Source: Lingula anatina
Lineage: Eukaryota > Animalia > Brachiopoda
Direction: 5' to 3'
DNA length: 64,000 nt
Assembly (NCBI GenBank): GCA_051362555.1
Contig: CM120643.1
Location: 2,914,001 to 2,978,000 of the forward strand
Shown piece by piece: positions 27,501 through 39,628 of the stretch. Numbering within the stretch: position 1 is the stretch's first letter; each line of letters opens with the position of its first letter. The position numbers were made by a program, and so were the translations under genes. Below the pieces are notes generated by a model. The model made no database searches. It saw nothing but the letters and a program-made list of their open reading frames with translations, and had not been told where the DNA came from.

Positions 27501-29599
27501 AAGTGAGATTTTATGTTTTATGGAGGCCACAGTTCTATTGGCAGTGCCTGAAGGAAATGATCAGAGAAGTGAGTTTTTATGTTTTATGGAGGCCACAGTT
27601 CTATTGGCAGTGCCTGAAGAAAATGATCAGAGAAGTGAGATTTTATGTTTTATGGAGGTCACAGTTCTATTGGCAGTGCCTGAAGGAAATGATCAGAGAA
27701 GTGAGATTTTATGTTTTATGGAGGCCACAGTTCTATTGGCAGTGCCTGAAGGAAATGATCAGAGAAGTGAGTTTTTATGTTTTATGGAGGCCACAGTTCT
27801 ATTGGCAGTGCCTGAAGGAAATGATCAGAGAAGTGAGATTTTATGTTTTATGGAGGCCACAGTTCTATTGGCAGTGCCTGATGGAAATGATCAGAGAAGT
27901 GAGTTTTTATGTTTTATGGAGGCCACAGTTTTATTGGCAGTGCCTGATGGAAATGATCAGAGAAGTGAATTTTTATGTTTTATGGAGGCCACAGTTCTAT
28001 TAGCAGTGCCTGAAGAAAATGATCAGAGAAGTGAGTTTTTATGTTTTATGGAGGCCACAGTTTTATTGGCAGTGCCTGATGGAAATGATCAGAGAAGTGA
28101 ATTTTTATGTTTTATGGAGGCCATGGTTCTATTGGCAGTGCCTGATGGAAATGATCAGAGAAGTGAGTTTTTATGTTTTATGGAGGCCACAGTTCTATTA
28201 GCAGTGCCTGAAGAAAATGATCAGAGAAGTGAGTTTTTATGTTTTATGGAGGCCACGGTTCTATTGGCAGTGCCTGAAGGAAATGATCAGAGAAGTGAGT
28301 TTTTATGTTTTATGGAGGCCACAGTTCTATTGGCAGTGCCTGAAGAAAATGATCAGAGAAGTGAGATTTTATGTTTAATAGAGCATGTTTCAGGAGCATA
28401 AAGCAATACTCTGATAATTTTGCTGCTGGCAAAAAGTCATATTCTTAGCAATATAATTTTTTTTACACTAGTGACTGTAACAAGTTTTTGACAGGAGTGA
28501 AGCACTTCTACTTCTGTAATGTATATCATTGAAATGTTTCTTAGAACTTCACGTTATGCTAATAAAATTGCCTACCATGAGCCTCTGTTGTCTATTTGCT
28601 TTGTAAAATATTTAAGCATTTTAAATGGACCATAGTTTTTTTTTTAATGCATGGCACTCCAGAATACCAAAAAGTAGGCTGTTACACCAGTCAAGGTGAG
28701 TCAGGATGCCTTCTCTGGTTGATTTTCATGAATAATTCCTGTTTGGAGTTTTCATTTTAAGGGTTATGCATCATTAATAACTAAACACCATAAAAATCAT
28801 TATCACCTTTATCAATCTGTGCTTCAATATCCTCATAACTGCCTACTGGAGCTCTCTTTAATCCCTGGACGTAGAAAAAGCCCATCTTGGGGTTCTGCCT
28901 GACTGGAAGGCCACCTTTTGGTTTGTCTTTGGACAAAAGATCTCTCACCTGCTCATTGTAAATCTCTAACATAGAGAAGGAGACCTCGAACCTCTAAAAA
29001 TATACACAATAGAGAGTAAAAGCTGTTCTTTCACAGACTGTGATAGCTTTTCCACCACAGACTTTCTCAAACAAAATGGCAGCACTGCAGGAGGCAAGTT
29101 TGTCGCACTTAAAGCATCCTCAACCTTTTTCTCAATCCTCTCATTCACAGCAAAAAAAAAGAAAAAAAAAATTAAAAATGGCAACTGAACTAAATCAGTG
29201 AATATCTGTAACTGTTCCATTTGAAGCAATGTTACATGAAAATGAGACCAAGGAAAGATTTATCATAACATCTTAATTTGGAAAACAATGGATATCATAT
29301 TAACTTTATGCAGTACATTACATCAAACAAGACGCACCAAAATGGAAAGTTCTACTAAACTCAAGGTTTTGAAAAAGTGATTCATTGTACTACCAATTCT
29401 TTTCTCACCTTGTTGGGATCACTATTATTATTCACTGCTTGGAAGAGTTTGTCACATGTCATTGGAACAATACCCCTGAAAAAATAATTTTTTTCATTAA
29501 AATCAAATTGAATACTTCCTCTTTACCTGTGCATAACCTAAAGCAATCATAAAAAGTATTTTTGAAAAAAAAAATAGTCAAAATTACTTGACAACGTTT

Positions 29600-29641
<42 letters not shown>

Positions 29642-32600
29642 ATGTGTATACACATATACACATATGTGCATGCATGTGCAATATACAACAATGCATTAGA
29701 CTTCTGCCTTCATAAATTACATGTAATCATACATTTGTTGACAATTTATATGTACGTGACTTACTTATTATTCCCATATCCCACCATAGAGTAGGACTTC
29801 CCAGAGCCCGTCTGTCCATAGGCAAATAGAGAGCAGTTGTAACCTAGAAATAATGGATAAAAAATTCGAATCTATATTTGGATTAAATCAATCTCAGATG
29901 CATGCAAGTGGAAATCAATTATTATAATAAAAGCAGTGTTCAGAAGAATGACATGATGAATAATTAATTGGGTCAATAATACATAGTATGTTTACAGTAA
30001 CTTTGGAAGACAACTGATTAAAACAGATCATATTATCTGTGTATATTGTTTAAGGACAGTGGCTAATGATGACAGTGTGACATTTTCACAAATGTTTTAT
30101 TTTGCTTACATAAAAGGGGAGAATAGCACTCAAAGAAAAACTTAATTAAAAACACCGTCTCCTTGATAGAGGTAAAGATACGAATGTACACAAACACTTG
30201 TTAAACTCAATAGGTAGATTTCATAATTGTAAATATTTTTTTCTTTTTATTTTCTGAAAGCAAACTGATATTATTTTTGAACAAAATTCAGCATTCTTAC
30301 AACCATAATGCTGGCTTTGGAAACATTATTGAAAGGCCTAACTTGTAGTTCTAAAAGAAAGTTGCTGATAAGCATCTGTGATGTTTTGCCTTTGTTTGAT
30401 CTAACAAAAATCAAACTAAGAACAACTAAGAACAACCAATGACATCAGTGTCATTGAAAAGAAAAAATGCTAGCACCAGTCATTGAAATAATACATTGTG
30501 TGAAAAAGACTGCTCAAAACAGGTCACAATCAGCTACGTGTCCACGAACAGACATTCTAGAACACCTTACTACACGCGCCAAATAAACAATATGGCTTTG
30601 TTATCATAAGCGATAGGTGAATAAGAGAAATATTCATTCTTAATATGAAATTGGTGTTCTACCCTAAATTTTAAGGGAGATTTGTAGTAATTTTGCACCC
30701 TTTAAGAATGTTTTAGCCAAGTGCACCTTTCTTTAGGTTATAGTATCAGGATCTTAGTACGAGTGCACTCCACCGTTCACAAAAGTCTTACAAATCATGT
30801 TCAATGGGATGAACACATAACTTATTGAGTAACAATAAACCATTCATCTTTAAATGACAACAGAGGTCACCACTTGTGGGCTAACCTCTGCCAATAAGCT
30901 CCCCTTAATTAAACAAAAATACGAGTACACTGTCTCTGAGCTCTCCAACAGAGCGCTGTGACAATGTTTACAGTGTTGCTAAGCAAGATTTATTCCCCCT
31001 GAGTACATAAATGGCCCTAATAAAACTGCAGTTTTGAAGGGTTCTTAAGAAGTCTGCTACATAAATGTCACCCACCACACCTAAGCCATAATTTGCTGGA
31101 GTTGTATGCAAACACATTTTCACGTAAACCCATGCTAAGGATTTCACCTTTCTTGACTTCCTTTTCAGGATGTCTAGACACGTTTGCTCTGGCAATACTA
31201 TGAAAACATATTCCATAGGCACAGGCACAGAAAATATCTTTATGGACATTTAACACAAGGCATGAAGCTAACATTCAAAATCAGTAGACATAAAGGGGGT
31301 GTGGGTGCTGGTTAGGCATGTCCCCCCCCCCCCCCCCCCCCCCACCCCCAATACCCCAGTTATCTCCCTGTATGACCTGTCTGTGTTCGGTAAGAAGCAG
31401 TAATGCAGTCCTCAAATCCTCACTGTGAAAGTACATACACTGAAAAGTTACCAGCTGGTAAATAACTAGATTTAATAGTACTTCAATTAAAAGAACTGCA
31501 TAGCAATGCAGGAAAAGCAAAGAGGAAAGATTTACTTTTAAGCAAAGAGTAAAATTTCAAGTACTCATCAATTAAACTTTCCATGAAGGGAACCAACAGA
31601 TGATTAAGATCATTAGACCAGCATTATTACTGTTTTATGGCTGGCAACTCTGTCACCTCAGTTTTACTATGACATACTACTGCGCCATGTCATTTTTTTT
31701 ATTACAAATACAGTGTACTAGTATGTGTTTTGATCCCACTCCAAGAATTCATGACGTGAGAGCCCACGGCTGTCATAAAACTCAGACATATATCAATGAA
31801 GGTCAGAATACCTTGCTGACTTCAGGACAGACTTATCTTACACCAGACAGCATCGTGAATACAACTGCAATATGTTACATATATTTTTAAAAATACCTGT
31901 ATATTTTACACTTTTAATGGTTTTAATGTTTATTATCTAAAAATAAACCATTTTGAAAAAGACTGATTAAACCATGTGTGACAAGTCACCCATTTCATTA
32001 AATAATGATCACAGTATTAACCATCACTGCACAAGAGACCATCAATAACAAACCCATCTTGTTTTCATGTTGCTTTTAATTCACTAAGAGTGGACATATT
32101 TACTAGTATTAAAACCACATACTGTGCCAGAATGACATCCTGTACCTACCTCCCCCCCCCCTCTCCCCAGAGCACGCACAAATCTGTAACCTTTAAATGC
32201 ACTGTGCAGAATGTGGTTACCAAAAACATGCTTTCTAGTAGCCTAGCATACCAGGTCCGTAGCCAGGGGGGTTTGGGGGTTCGAAAGAACTGCCCTTTTT
32301 GTCAGGAAAGGTCTTTTCTGACTAAAATTTGATCTTGGTATACAAAGGTTTCACTGTAAAGGGTCTACTTTTTTTCGGGAAAAGAACCCCCATTTTGAAA
32401 TTGCTTGCTACAGGCCTGCTTAACCACCACTTTTCCCCTCAAGTTATGCATAGCTCTTTACCTTCAAATACACTGTCCAGCACCCCACCTCGAATTGTAC
32501 AAAAAACTTTACCTTCAAAGGCATTGTCCAGTACCCCCTGGCCCAAATCCTTGAAAACAATGGGCTGGCTAGCGTATTTAGAACCAGCTGTTGGCTCCAG

Positions 32601-34810
32601 CACCCCGTCAGCTCTCTCAGTAAATCCATCATGAGACCTAAAGAAGAGTCACATATCAAATATAATTAATATTTAAATCATTGATTCAAAAGCCCTGTAG
32701 ATCCATACTTGACTGATCAACTGTGAGACTTGTAATGTATCATTTTTTTTATTTATGTCACATCTGCATGACTTATGTGTTTTTAACAAGTGTGCTTAAT
32801 TTACTGATATTTCCAATATCAGCCAATGCATTTTTGATAATTTTTCACCAGTCGACAAAGATACATTTGATTTATTTCAAATAACTCATTCCAAATAGCA
32901 TCAGGCTGCTTCTTGTGAGTTGAAGCTTCAAAGTGAAATATTTAAGACAATATATTTAAGATAGTCAGGATGTAAATTATGTTCTAGTACATGTAATTCA
33001 TATAAAAGAGAAATGGCCTCATTACAAAGATAATTTATTATCTTTTCTCTGCATATCAAACTTACCAGTAAGAAAAGTCAAAGGAAAACTGGAAGTACGC
33101 AACAAATCATGGAAAAGAAAAAAAAATCATATCAAGTATGAAAATATAATATTACTGGAAAACTAAGCACCACTTTTTACAATGACTGAGATAACATTTC
33201 TTTTGTCTAGTTACAATTTACTAAAACAAATGTCTCTACTTGATATCTAATATAAAAAGTGATGCAACTGGATGAATCCAACTGAAAAACACCAATCTTG
33301 AATTTTGTTTTCCAAAATCAGTTTTTAACTGACAGATTTGCTTTATTTTCCCCATGCCACCTGTCCAACAGGCAACAACTGTTATGCATCTTCTGAAGAC
33401 TGCATGTTAAACCCTCACATCTATGAATCGCTTTATAGGTGCTAAAAATAATTGTATGGTGAGCTGCTTAAATCATGGGTCTGGTGGTTAATATGGGAGT
33501 TAGTGTTAAAAGATCTGCGGGTTGTGTTTATAAATGCTTTTCAGATTAAAATCAAAATGCGTTTATAAGGCCAGGGATTGAAAGTCTGCCAACAAACCTT
33601 GCTGTCTGTCATTTGGCTCAGCTTTCTAGCATCGCCTGCATCAGTGCAGATCCTATTCATTCATTCATTCATTCATTCATTCATTCATCATTCTACTAAT
33701 CAATTACCTACAGACTGTAGCTAATGTCACAGACATATAATTATGACTGGCTGCCTTTCATTACGCAGCTATTTTATTTCCTATTTAAATAACACAGAGT
33801 CAATCATATCAGGGCTAACTGAAAATAAGGGACTGTTCCCACAGATATTTGGATCGATCTATCTCCCCTATGGAGGTTCGCTTAATGGCTATCAAACTAA
33901 CTGGCTTAAATGTCTGTTACACCTAGTAAAGCTGTTAGGGGGTAATTCCCGGTGCTGATTCGGTAGGCATGACAGACATTTAAGCCCATTCAGTTGATAG
34001 AAATTTAGTGAGACTTCCCAGGGAGTTAGACCGATCTAGACATGGGAACCCAGTCTAAACCTCAACATTGATTTAATTCAACAATAGGGCAGAAGATACC
34101 GTAGCGCAAAAAGGTTGGATAGTGTGCAGTGGTTATGAACAAATACATCATACATTTACATGAAGTGATGAGAAGCCATACACTCTGTCTGTCTGGAGTT
34201 TCAATGCATTAGACATTGTTAATTGCAAACGCTGGTTCTTCCCACTGAAACATCAAACCTCCCTGGTCATGCTTCCTTAATCATTCATCCCTCTAACAAC
34301 GCAAACATTTGACTTGACTTAATTTTTCTTTATTTCCTTCTTTTTTGTTTAGCTCGTTTGTTTAATATTGACTTTTACTACTTGATATATTGTAGTTATC
34401 TCAGCAAATTTGATCAAGGTAATTTGGTGGACTTTTCACTTAGTTTGTTTTATTCTTGCACATTACAAAATAGGATGTTGCATTATTAATTTAATATTTA
34501 CTGGCACTGAATCTATCTTTACCACACACTTACCTTTTTTGGTTCCTCTGAAAAATAGATGAAATAGAGAAGTATTAATGAAAAGTAGGCAATGACAAGA
34601 AATTCTGCAGTGCATCTATTTTATGATTGTAGGCAGAGCTTTGTTTACTTACACAAAAATGCATTAATCACAAAAGCAAACATACACAAACCTTTAAAAT
34701 ATACTGTTATTTGTATTTTTAATTAACAAAGTAATTTTTTTTAATGAACAAGGTAAATAATGATACTACAACAAAAATTCAATGTGAAACGATAAAATAC
34801 ACAGTGTCTT

Positions 34811-34907
<97 letters not shown>

Positions 34908-35893
34908 CATACCACTAGGTGTCTCTGGGTTTTTAATTGTTGTAAGCTGTCCTTGCATGTCAATAATTAATTTGGCTCCATGGTCCTTCTCCCTACATAA
35001 TAATTGAACAATATCACCATCTACAGCTGTAATTATAATTCATATGAAACAGGAATGGATTTTATTTATAGGTTTTTCTGCCTGCAGAACCTAAGGCGTG
35101 TCCTGTCATTTAATTGAAAGGATGGAACATTTATTCATTTTAAAAATGTCATTTTTGCAAATTGTGGAAAATGAAGGAAAAAAATTCATGAGTGTACACA
35201 TTCATTTGGTTTAATGTTATTCTTTTACTGTGTGAAATAACAACTGTCAGTTGGTCAAGTATTACACAATCCTATGTACTAGTATGTTTTACTGGGGGGG
35301 GGGGGGGGGGGGGAGGGGAGGGGGGAGGGGGGGGCTGAATTATGTTTTAAAGTTGAGACATTTTCTTTCTAGGTCTGCAACTGAAGCAAAACTCGTGGGA
35401 GGTTCTAATCAAATCTTTATAATAATAATAATCATAATGTTCCAAAGACAAATTTTCAAGTTCTCGTTAACTATAACCAGTTTCTATCTGTGCGCTGTAT
35501 TACCACCATTTAACTTCCCTTATAAATGCATGTTTTTCGTGGCTATGTTATCGTGGTTTGTATAATCAAGGAGTTATAACTCCTTGGTATAATTAATCAT
35601 GTCAAAGAAGGTCGATCGAAAACAAAAAAATATGACAACCTACAGATTATGCGGCCACTAATATATCTCGCTACTGCACTACTGCATTTCAATTAACTGT
35701 TGTGAACTAGTAATGATATGGTGCAAGAAAGGCAATCTGAATTCATACCTTTGATTAAAAGGACGGACCCTCACTGCCACCCGAACCCTGCAAAGATCAA
35801 ACAAAAAATATCACATAAACGCTTCAAAAATGTCCAAAATTTCAACCTAAATAGATGCACCATGAACATTACTTACGATTCAGCTTCAGACAT
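5675..35893 (-). CDS. KIF28: Kinesin-3 motor, KIF28/KLP-6-like (motor domain, coiled coil, FHA domain, tail, C-terminal CaaX); about 1006 aa from 25 core exons
   Basis: Exons in transcript order: 35877-35893, 35749-35787, 34913-34992, 34534-34547, 33066-33088, 32513-32637, 29765-29843, 29409-29475, 28807-28993, 26736-26888, 26143-26240, 25513-25610, 24981-25131, 24646-24724, 24235-24317, 23333-23535, 20545-20687, 19930-20082, 19273-19429, 16247-16334, 15689-15988, 15089-15370, 14574-14741, 13916-14044, 5675-5779. All are GT-AG and phase-consistent. Motifs: [24 protein letters not shown]-loop [37 protein letters not shown] region [23 protein letters not shown]; ends KSRACVIQ*. Confidence 0.92.
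8219..8281 (-). CDS. Candidate kinesin tail cassette exon (63 nt, [21 protein letters not shown])
   Basis: tcactatag acceptor, GAC|gtacgt donor, phase 0-0, open frame. Confidence 0.5.
8424..8479. repeat. (TG)n microsatellite, interrupted
   Basis: Direct reading. Similar tracts: (TG)n 29602-29640, (AAAT)n 10263-10308 and 12538-12587, (ATTC)n 33655-33687, (TTTA)n 36629-36664. Confidence 0.95.
10704..10886 (-). CDS. Candidate kinesin tail cassette exon (183 nt, [10 protein letters not shown]...KAKINE)
   Basis: ctttttgatttcag acceptor, GAA|gtaagt donor, 61 open codons, phase 0-0. Confidence 0.65.
12439..12465 (-). CDS. Candidate kinesin tail micro-exon (27 nt, MLKGYKMAQ)
   Basis: acttccttttcctag acceptor, CAG|gtagtt donor, phase 0-0. 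Confidence 0.5.
18179..18196 (-). CDS. Candidate alternative micro-exon (18 nt, adds GEAGIR)
   Basis: ttttcttctttgagcag acceptor, CAG|gtatac donor, phase 2-2 matching the flanking exons. Confidence 0.4.
20755..23176. mobile_element. Non-autonomous TIR DNA transposon (Tc1/mariner-like TA target) in a kinesin intron
   Basis: Perfect 25-bp TIRs CGGTAAAGTCTTGAAAATTTCGTCG (20755-20779 and 23152-23176) flanked by TA on both sides; subterminal TTGAAAATTTCGTCG-like repeats; no transposase ORF. Confidence 0.88.
21330..22680. repeat. Complex internal tandem array of the TIR element
   Basis: Recurrent GGAGATCGTTCGCG / ATCTTCAGCGG subunits organised in roughly 280-310 bp higher-order units (CCCCTTCCCC(C)GCTCACGG near 21707, 22020, 22298). 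Confidence 0.8.
25136..25360. repeat. Diverged tandem duplication of about 115 bp next to a kinesin acceptor
   Basis: AAAGATAAAATTATTGTAAATAT(C/T)TGGAATTT...ACTTAGTCCAAT occurs twice, near 25137 and 25248. Confidence 0.7.
26861..28376. repeat. 66-bp minisatellite, 23 copies, built from a kinesin intron/exon junction
   Basis: Unit on +: ATGGAGGCCACAGTTCTATTGGCAGTGCCTGA(A/T)GGAAATGATCAGAGAAGTGAG(A/T)TTTTATGTTTT. The first copy overlaps exon 26736-26888. Confidence 0.97.
32252..32418. mobile_element. Short MITE-like relic with CAGG...CCTG ends
   Basis: Imperfect TIR CAGGTCCGTAGC / GCTACAGGCCTG; no clear target-site duplication. Confidence 0.45.
33830..34056. repeat. Long imperfect palindrome (fold-back or MITE-like) in a kinesin intron
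   Basis: Perfect 15-bp arms GGCTTAAATGTCTGT / ACAGACATTTAAGCC (33903-33917 and 33972-33986), extending outward through GGATCGATCTATCTCCC / GGGAGTTAGACCGATCT. Confidence 0.75.
34812..34904. repeat. (GA)n microsatellite
   Basis: About 46 uninterrupted AG units next to the donor of kinesin exon 34913-34992. Confidence 0.97.
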
Positions 35894-36047
35894 GGTTATT
35901 AAAACCCCTTCAAATGATAAAATAGTCCTTTACAAAAAAACCTTCACGCGGACCAGCCGCATGAAATTGACCACTAAAATGTTGTTTTCTGCGCGACTTG
36001 TGCATACGTCATCAAAATGTGTGCACTTGTAATTTACAGTGCGTGCT

Positions 36048-36065
36048 CGTTGCCAAGGGTTGCTA
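36048..36065. promoter_or_regulatory. Candidate RFX (X-box) half-sites upstream of the kinesin start
   Basis: CGTTGCCAAGG followed by GTTGCT, about 155 bp upstream of the ATG at 35893 in a locally CpG-richer segment. Confidence 0.35.
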
Positions 36066-36628
36066 CAATAAATGTACACATGCGTTACATATTTCAATAG
36101 CGATCAATACTTAGGTGTACTTCGCAGCCTAGCAAGAGGACAAATAGAAATATACATAGGGCAACAATTGTATAGTATGACAATCTATAAACGGTGAATT
36201 GGTCACAATTTATCAACTTTTACGTGTCTAATAATCCGAACAATTTATGTACCGTAGTGCGTACTAATGTGAGTAGGCCCTACATGTAGCTATACTGTAT
36301 ATAAAGGCGTCTAATTTGTGAGATATTGATTTTGACAAACTTTTTTTCTATCAACCGGATAAACCACTATACAGAAATATTATGGATCATCTGGGATTTT
36401 GAAAAATCAGTAAAAATAAATAAAAAGGCTTATAGTCAATGGTTTAGCAAGGAAAAAGATCATGATCGATATCAGTGTCCAATCTTTTAACATTCGAAAG
36501 GTCTTACACTGAAATAAATCATTGAATTCGGGGAGAAAGCAGGGAATGCATTTGTTCCTATCAATATTCATTAAGATCATTAAGGACATGACATTTTCCT
36601 CTGTGAAACTTGACAGGTAAACTTAGCC

Positions 36629-36664
<36 letters not shown>

Positions 36665-39240
36665 CCTCACCCTATTTATTATTCAATCATTTATTGCTTA
36701 CTGTTTTATTTGCAACGGCCGGTGCGTCTTAAACACGACGAATGCTGAACATATTTAGCGATCAGCATCTATTAGCATATATGCTGTGAATGGCAAAATT
36801 AGTGCAACGACTTTTCTCCAGACCTATTGAAATTTTTAACCAAAAATCGACTTAGATAGACTTTTAGGCTTACAAACATAAATCTAAACACAGACAATCC
36901 CAGATTCATCAAGTTAAAGTCTGCATTGTATGCTAACAATACGTTATCTGATAAACTCCATTGTGCTAGGTGTGAAGTGCATGGTGTATTTTCTCAACTA
37001 ACGCAATTCGCCTTATTCATATAGACCATATAATCCTTTGAGCGCAACAGGAGTTGCGAGAATCTTCACTACCTGCTTTGTGTGGCTAACTTGACGGAGA
37101 GCCCGCTCAGATGTCAATTTTATCTGTTTATGTAACTGAAATCATAGGGAATGATTTTCGAATGTTTCACTCGTTTCACCATTGTAACAAATCGGCTCAA
37201 TACCATTAAACGAACTTTTTAAAATCGCCGCCTTTACTCAATGTGCAGGGACGGATCCAGGATTATTTGAAGGAGGCGCGGATGCGAAGCCGAACCCCCA
37301 TGGGGTTCGTTGCCCCGAAAAGTTTTGGTATTTTAGAGAGCGAACGGTGCCATTTGGTACGGTTTAGAACTATTATTCAGCTAGTCAAAATTCTAATTTC
37401 AAGAGGGGACCACTGATATGTTTTTTTTTTTTCAGAAATCGAGGGTGGGTTAATACTAGCTAGAAAAAAAAACTTTTAGCATGTAGGCCTATGTGATTAT
37501 CTTTAATGATACGTAATATCTTAACCTGAGTTTCGGATTATTCAGAACCGTGCAAATTTGGTAACGAATTAAAATTACAAACAAGCTACGTTGTTTTAAA
37601 ATGGGGGGGGGGGGGGGGGGGGCTACTACTGTACTTCCTTGGTACATGCTGAAAAATCTTTATCCTAAAATCGCTATTAGAAAACCCAAAGCAGAGAAAA
37701 ATAACAAGTTTCAATCATTTAATTCTCACTCTTTGCTTGCTCAGGTTCATTCTGACGATCTGTCGGGAATCCCACTCTTTAATCTCAAAGCAAGACAAAC
37801 GATCCTTAGGACCTAACTTCTTATTTATCAAATTAACAAACAAAACGACCTCTTTAGACTTTACACAATTAACGCATTGTTAAGTATTACGAACTAGAAA
37901 GATAACACGTGAAGTTACTGAAAATCCTCATGAATCTTACAATGTCGCCGACAAGATGCCATACGTGCCAGCTTCTTCATTTTTAAATCTCAAAATGGAT
38001 GTGATAATACAGAGAAGATGCCACGCATCGGGTTTGAAGCTCAGGCCTTTCAAACCACAGGGCATTCTCAAATCTACACTTCCCTATCACCACATTCCTC
38101 AAACCAGAATAAAGATATCGGTAAAAACGCAGCAAAATATTTGAAGACACGATTTTGAGGTTTTGTAATAAAGCGTAGTTAAAAAGGGATAAAGTGAGAG
38201 AATACACGGTGTAAGTGATTATTTTTTATAGGACTTTAAAGTATTTTTCTTGCATTCTGTCAAACGTGATGCCTGGCTTTTATGCCGTTTACGTCGTAAT
38301 AAACTAGGAGTTAGATTTGTTCTTTTGTGACGTCAACATAAAAATAGTAAATAAACTTAAACACGAATAAAAAAAATTTAATATGAAATATACAATGGAA
38401 TAAAAGTATAAAATACATGTATATTATGGAATACAAGCAATTTAAATATATACATCAACAAATATACTCCAGTGCGGTAATATTACGTTCGACAAGATAA
38501 TTTTATAACAGAATATTTTGCTGAGAACAGGACCGATCTGTGTTCTCTAACGTGTAGTCTTATCACTTGATATCTGCACGGCAGATTGATTGTCATAGAA
38601 CACCTGTGAAGTACCAGCATGTGCTTCTCGGGTAATTTGCAGGGAAATAATTACATCAATAAGTGATAAGATGAAAAAACAGGTGTCCAAGAAAACAGTG
38701 TCTTGTAGTTGTCACCACGTCCGGTTGTCATAATGATCGATAAATGGTTTTATTAAACACCGGTTTATTGTGGGTAAAACAACTATGTGTAAAATTATTG
38801 TGCTTTAATGAAATGATTGCCATGAGGTGTCATTTTGTGTAGGTTGAAAGTTGTTGAGCTCTTGAGCCTTAACCATAGATGACGTCATCCCGGTTTGCGG
38901 CAGCCACAGTACTGGTACAGCACTGACATTTGGTGACTCCGCTTTTCTCCTTTAATCCCTGTTTTCTTGAAAATGACATTTGCTTTTCTCTATAAATCAA
39001 TATTAAGTCAACAGATTTATCATTAATCACTAGGGGGTAGCCCAATGAATAAAAATCCCTAAATATACTGTAACTTGAAGATAGAACATGGGATTATACA
39101 CGTAATAAAACACTCATGAGCTGGTTGTAAGTTACATATTTTTCTCTTAGTTTAAACAAATTGAAATCGTAAATGCAGTACTCCTTCGGAATAGTCAATC
39201 ATTTTCGTAAAGAGTGTACAAACGATCTTGGCACAATGTG

Positions 39241-39241
<1 letters not shown>

Positions 39242-39304
<63 letters not shown>
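39242..39304. repeat. (TA)n microsatellite
   Basis: About 31 TA units. Confidence 0.97.
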
Positions 39305-39306
<2 letters not shown>

Positions 39307-39602
39307 CCACAGTGCACCTAAGCATGACATTTAGGCTTTGTAATAAATCCAAAGCTTAAAGTAAATAAGGGAAAACGAAGGCGAATTACATCAGGAAGAC
39401 CTACTTTGTATTCTGTTAAAAAATATCATGTTTTTATATTACTTTCATCACTTCTTAATCGTTTTTATATCACTTCTGAATCGTCGTTATCAGAGTCACA
39501 AATGAAATACCCAGCAACGTGCAAATCACAGGTATTGAAAGCAATCAGGTGTCAGATACCACTCAAATCTACATAATAAGTGTGCTCAAATGACATTGAT
39601 CA

Positions 39603-39628
39603 CACGTGAAGATACACGTGGTCACGTG
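39603..39628. promoter_or_regulatory. Triple canonical E-box cluster upstream of GPCR copy 1
   Basis: CACGTG at 39603, 39615 and 39623 (spacers of 6 and 2 bp). Confidence 0.45.

Noticed and set aside
26889-28341. Recursive splicing through the acceptor array
   Set aside because: Each AG is followed by GCACTG, which does not rebuild a credible GT or GC(A/G)AG donor.
26861-28376. CRISPR-like regular array
   Set aside because: No unique spacers (whole units are near-identical), no cas genes, and a eukaryotic intron context.
26786-28401. 405-aa and 469-aa repetitive ORFs on +
   Set aside because: By-products of a 66-bp unit (a multiple of 3) that lacks stops in two frames. They are antisense to the kinesin, and the unit is fully explained as an intron/exon junction.
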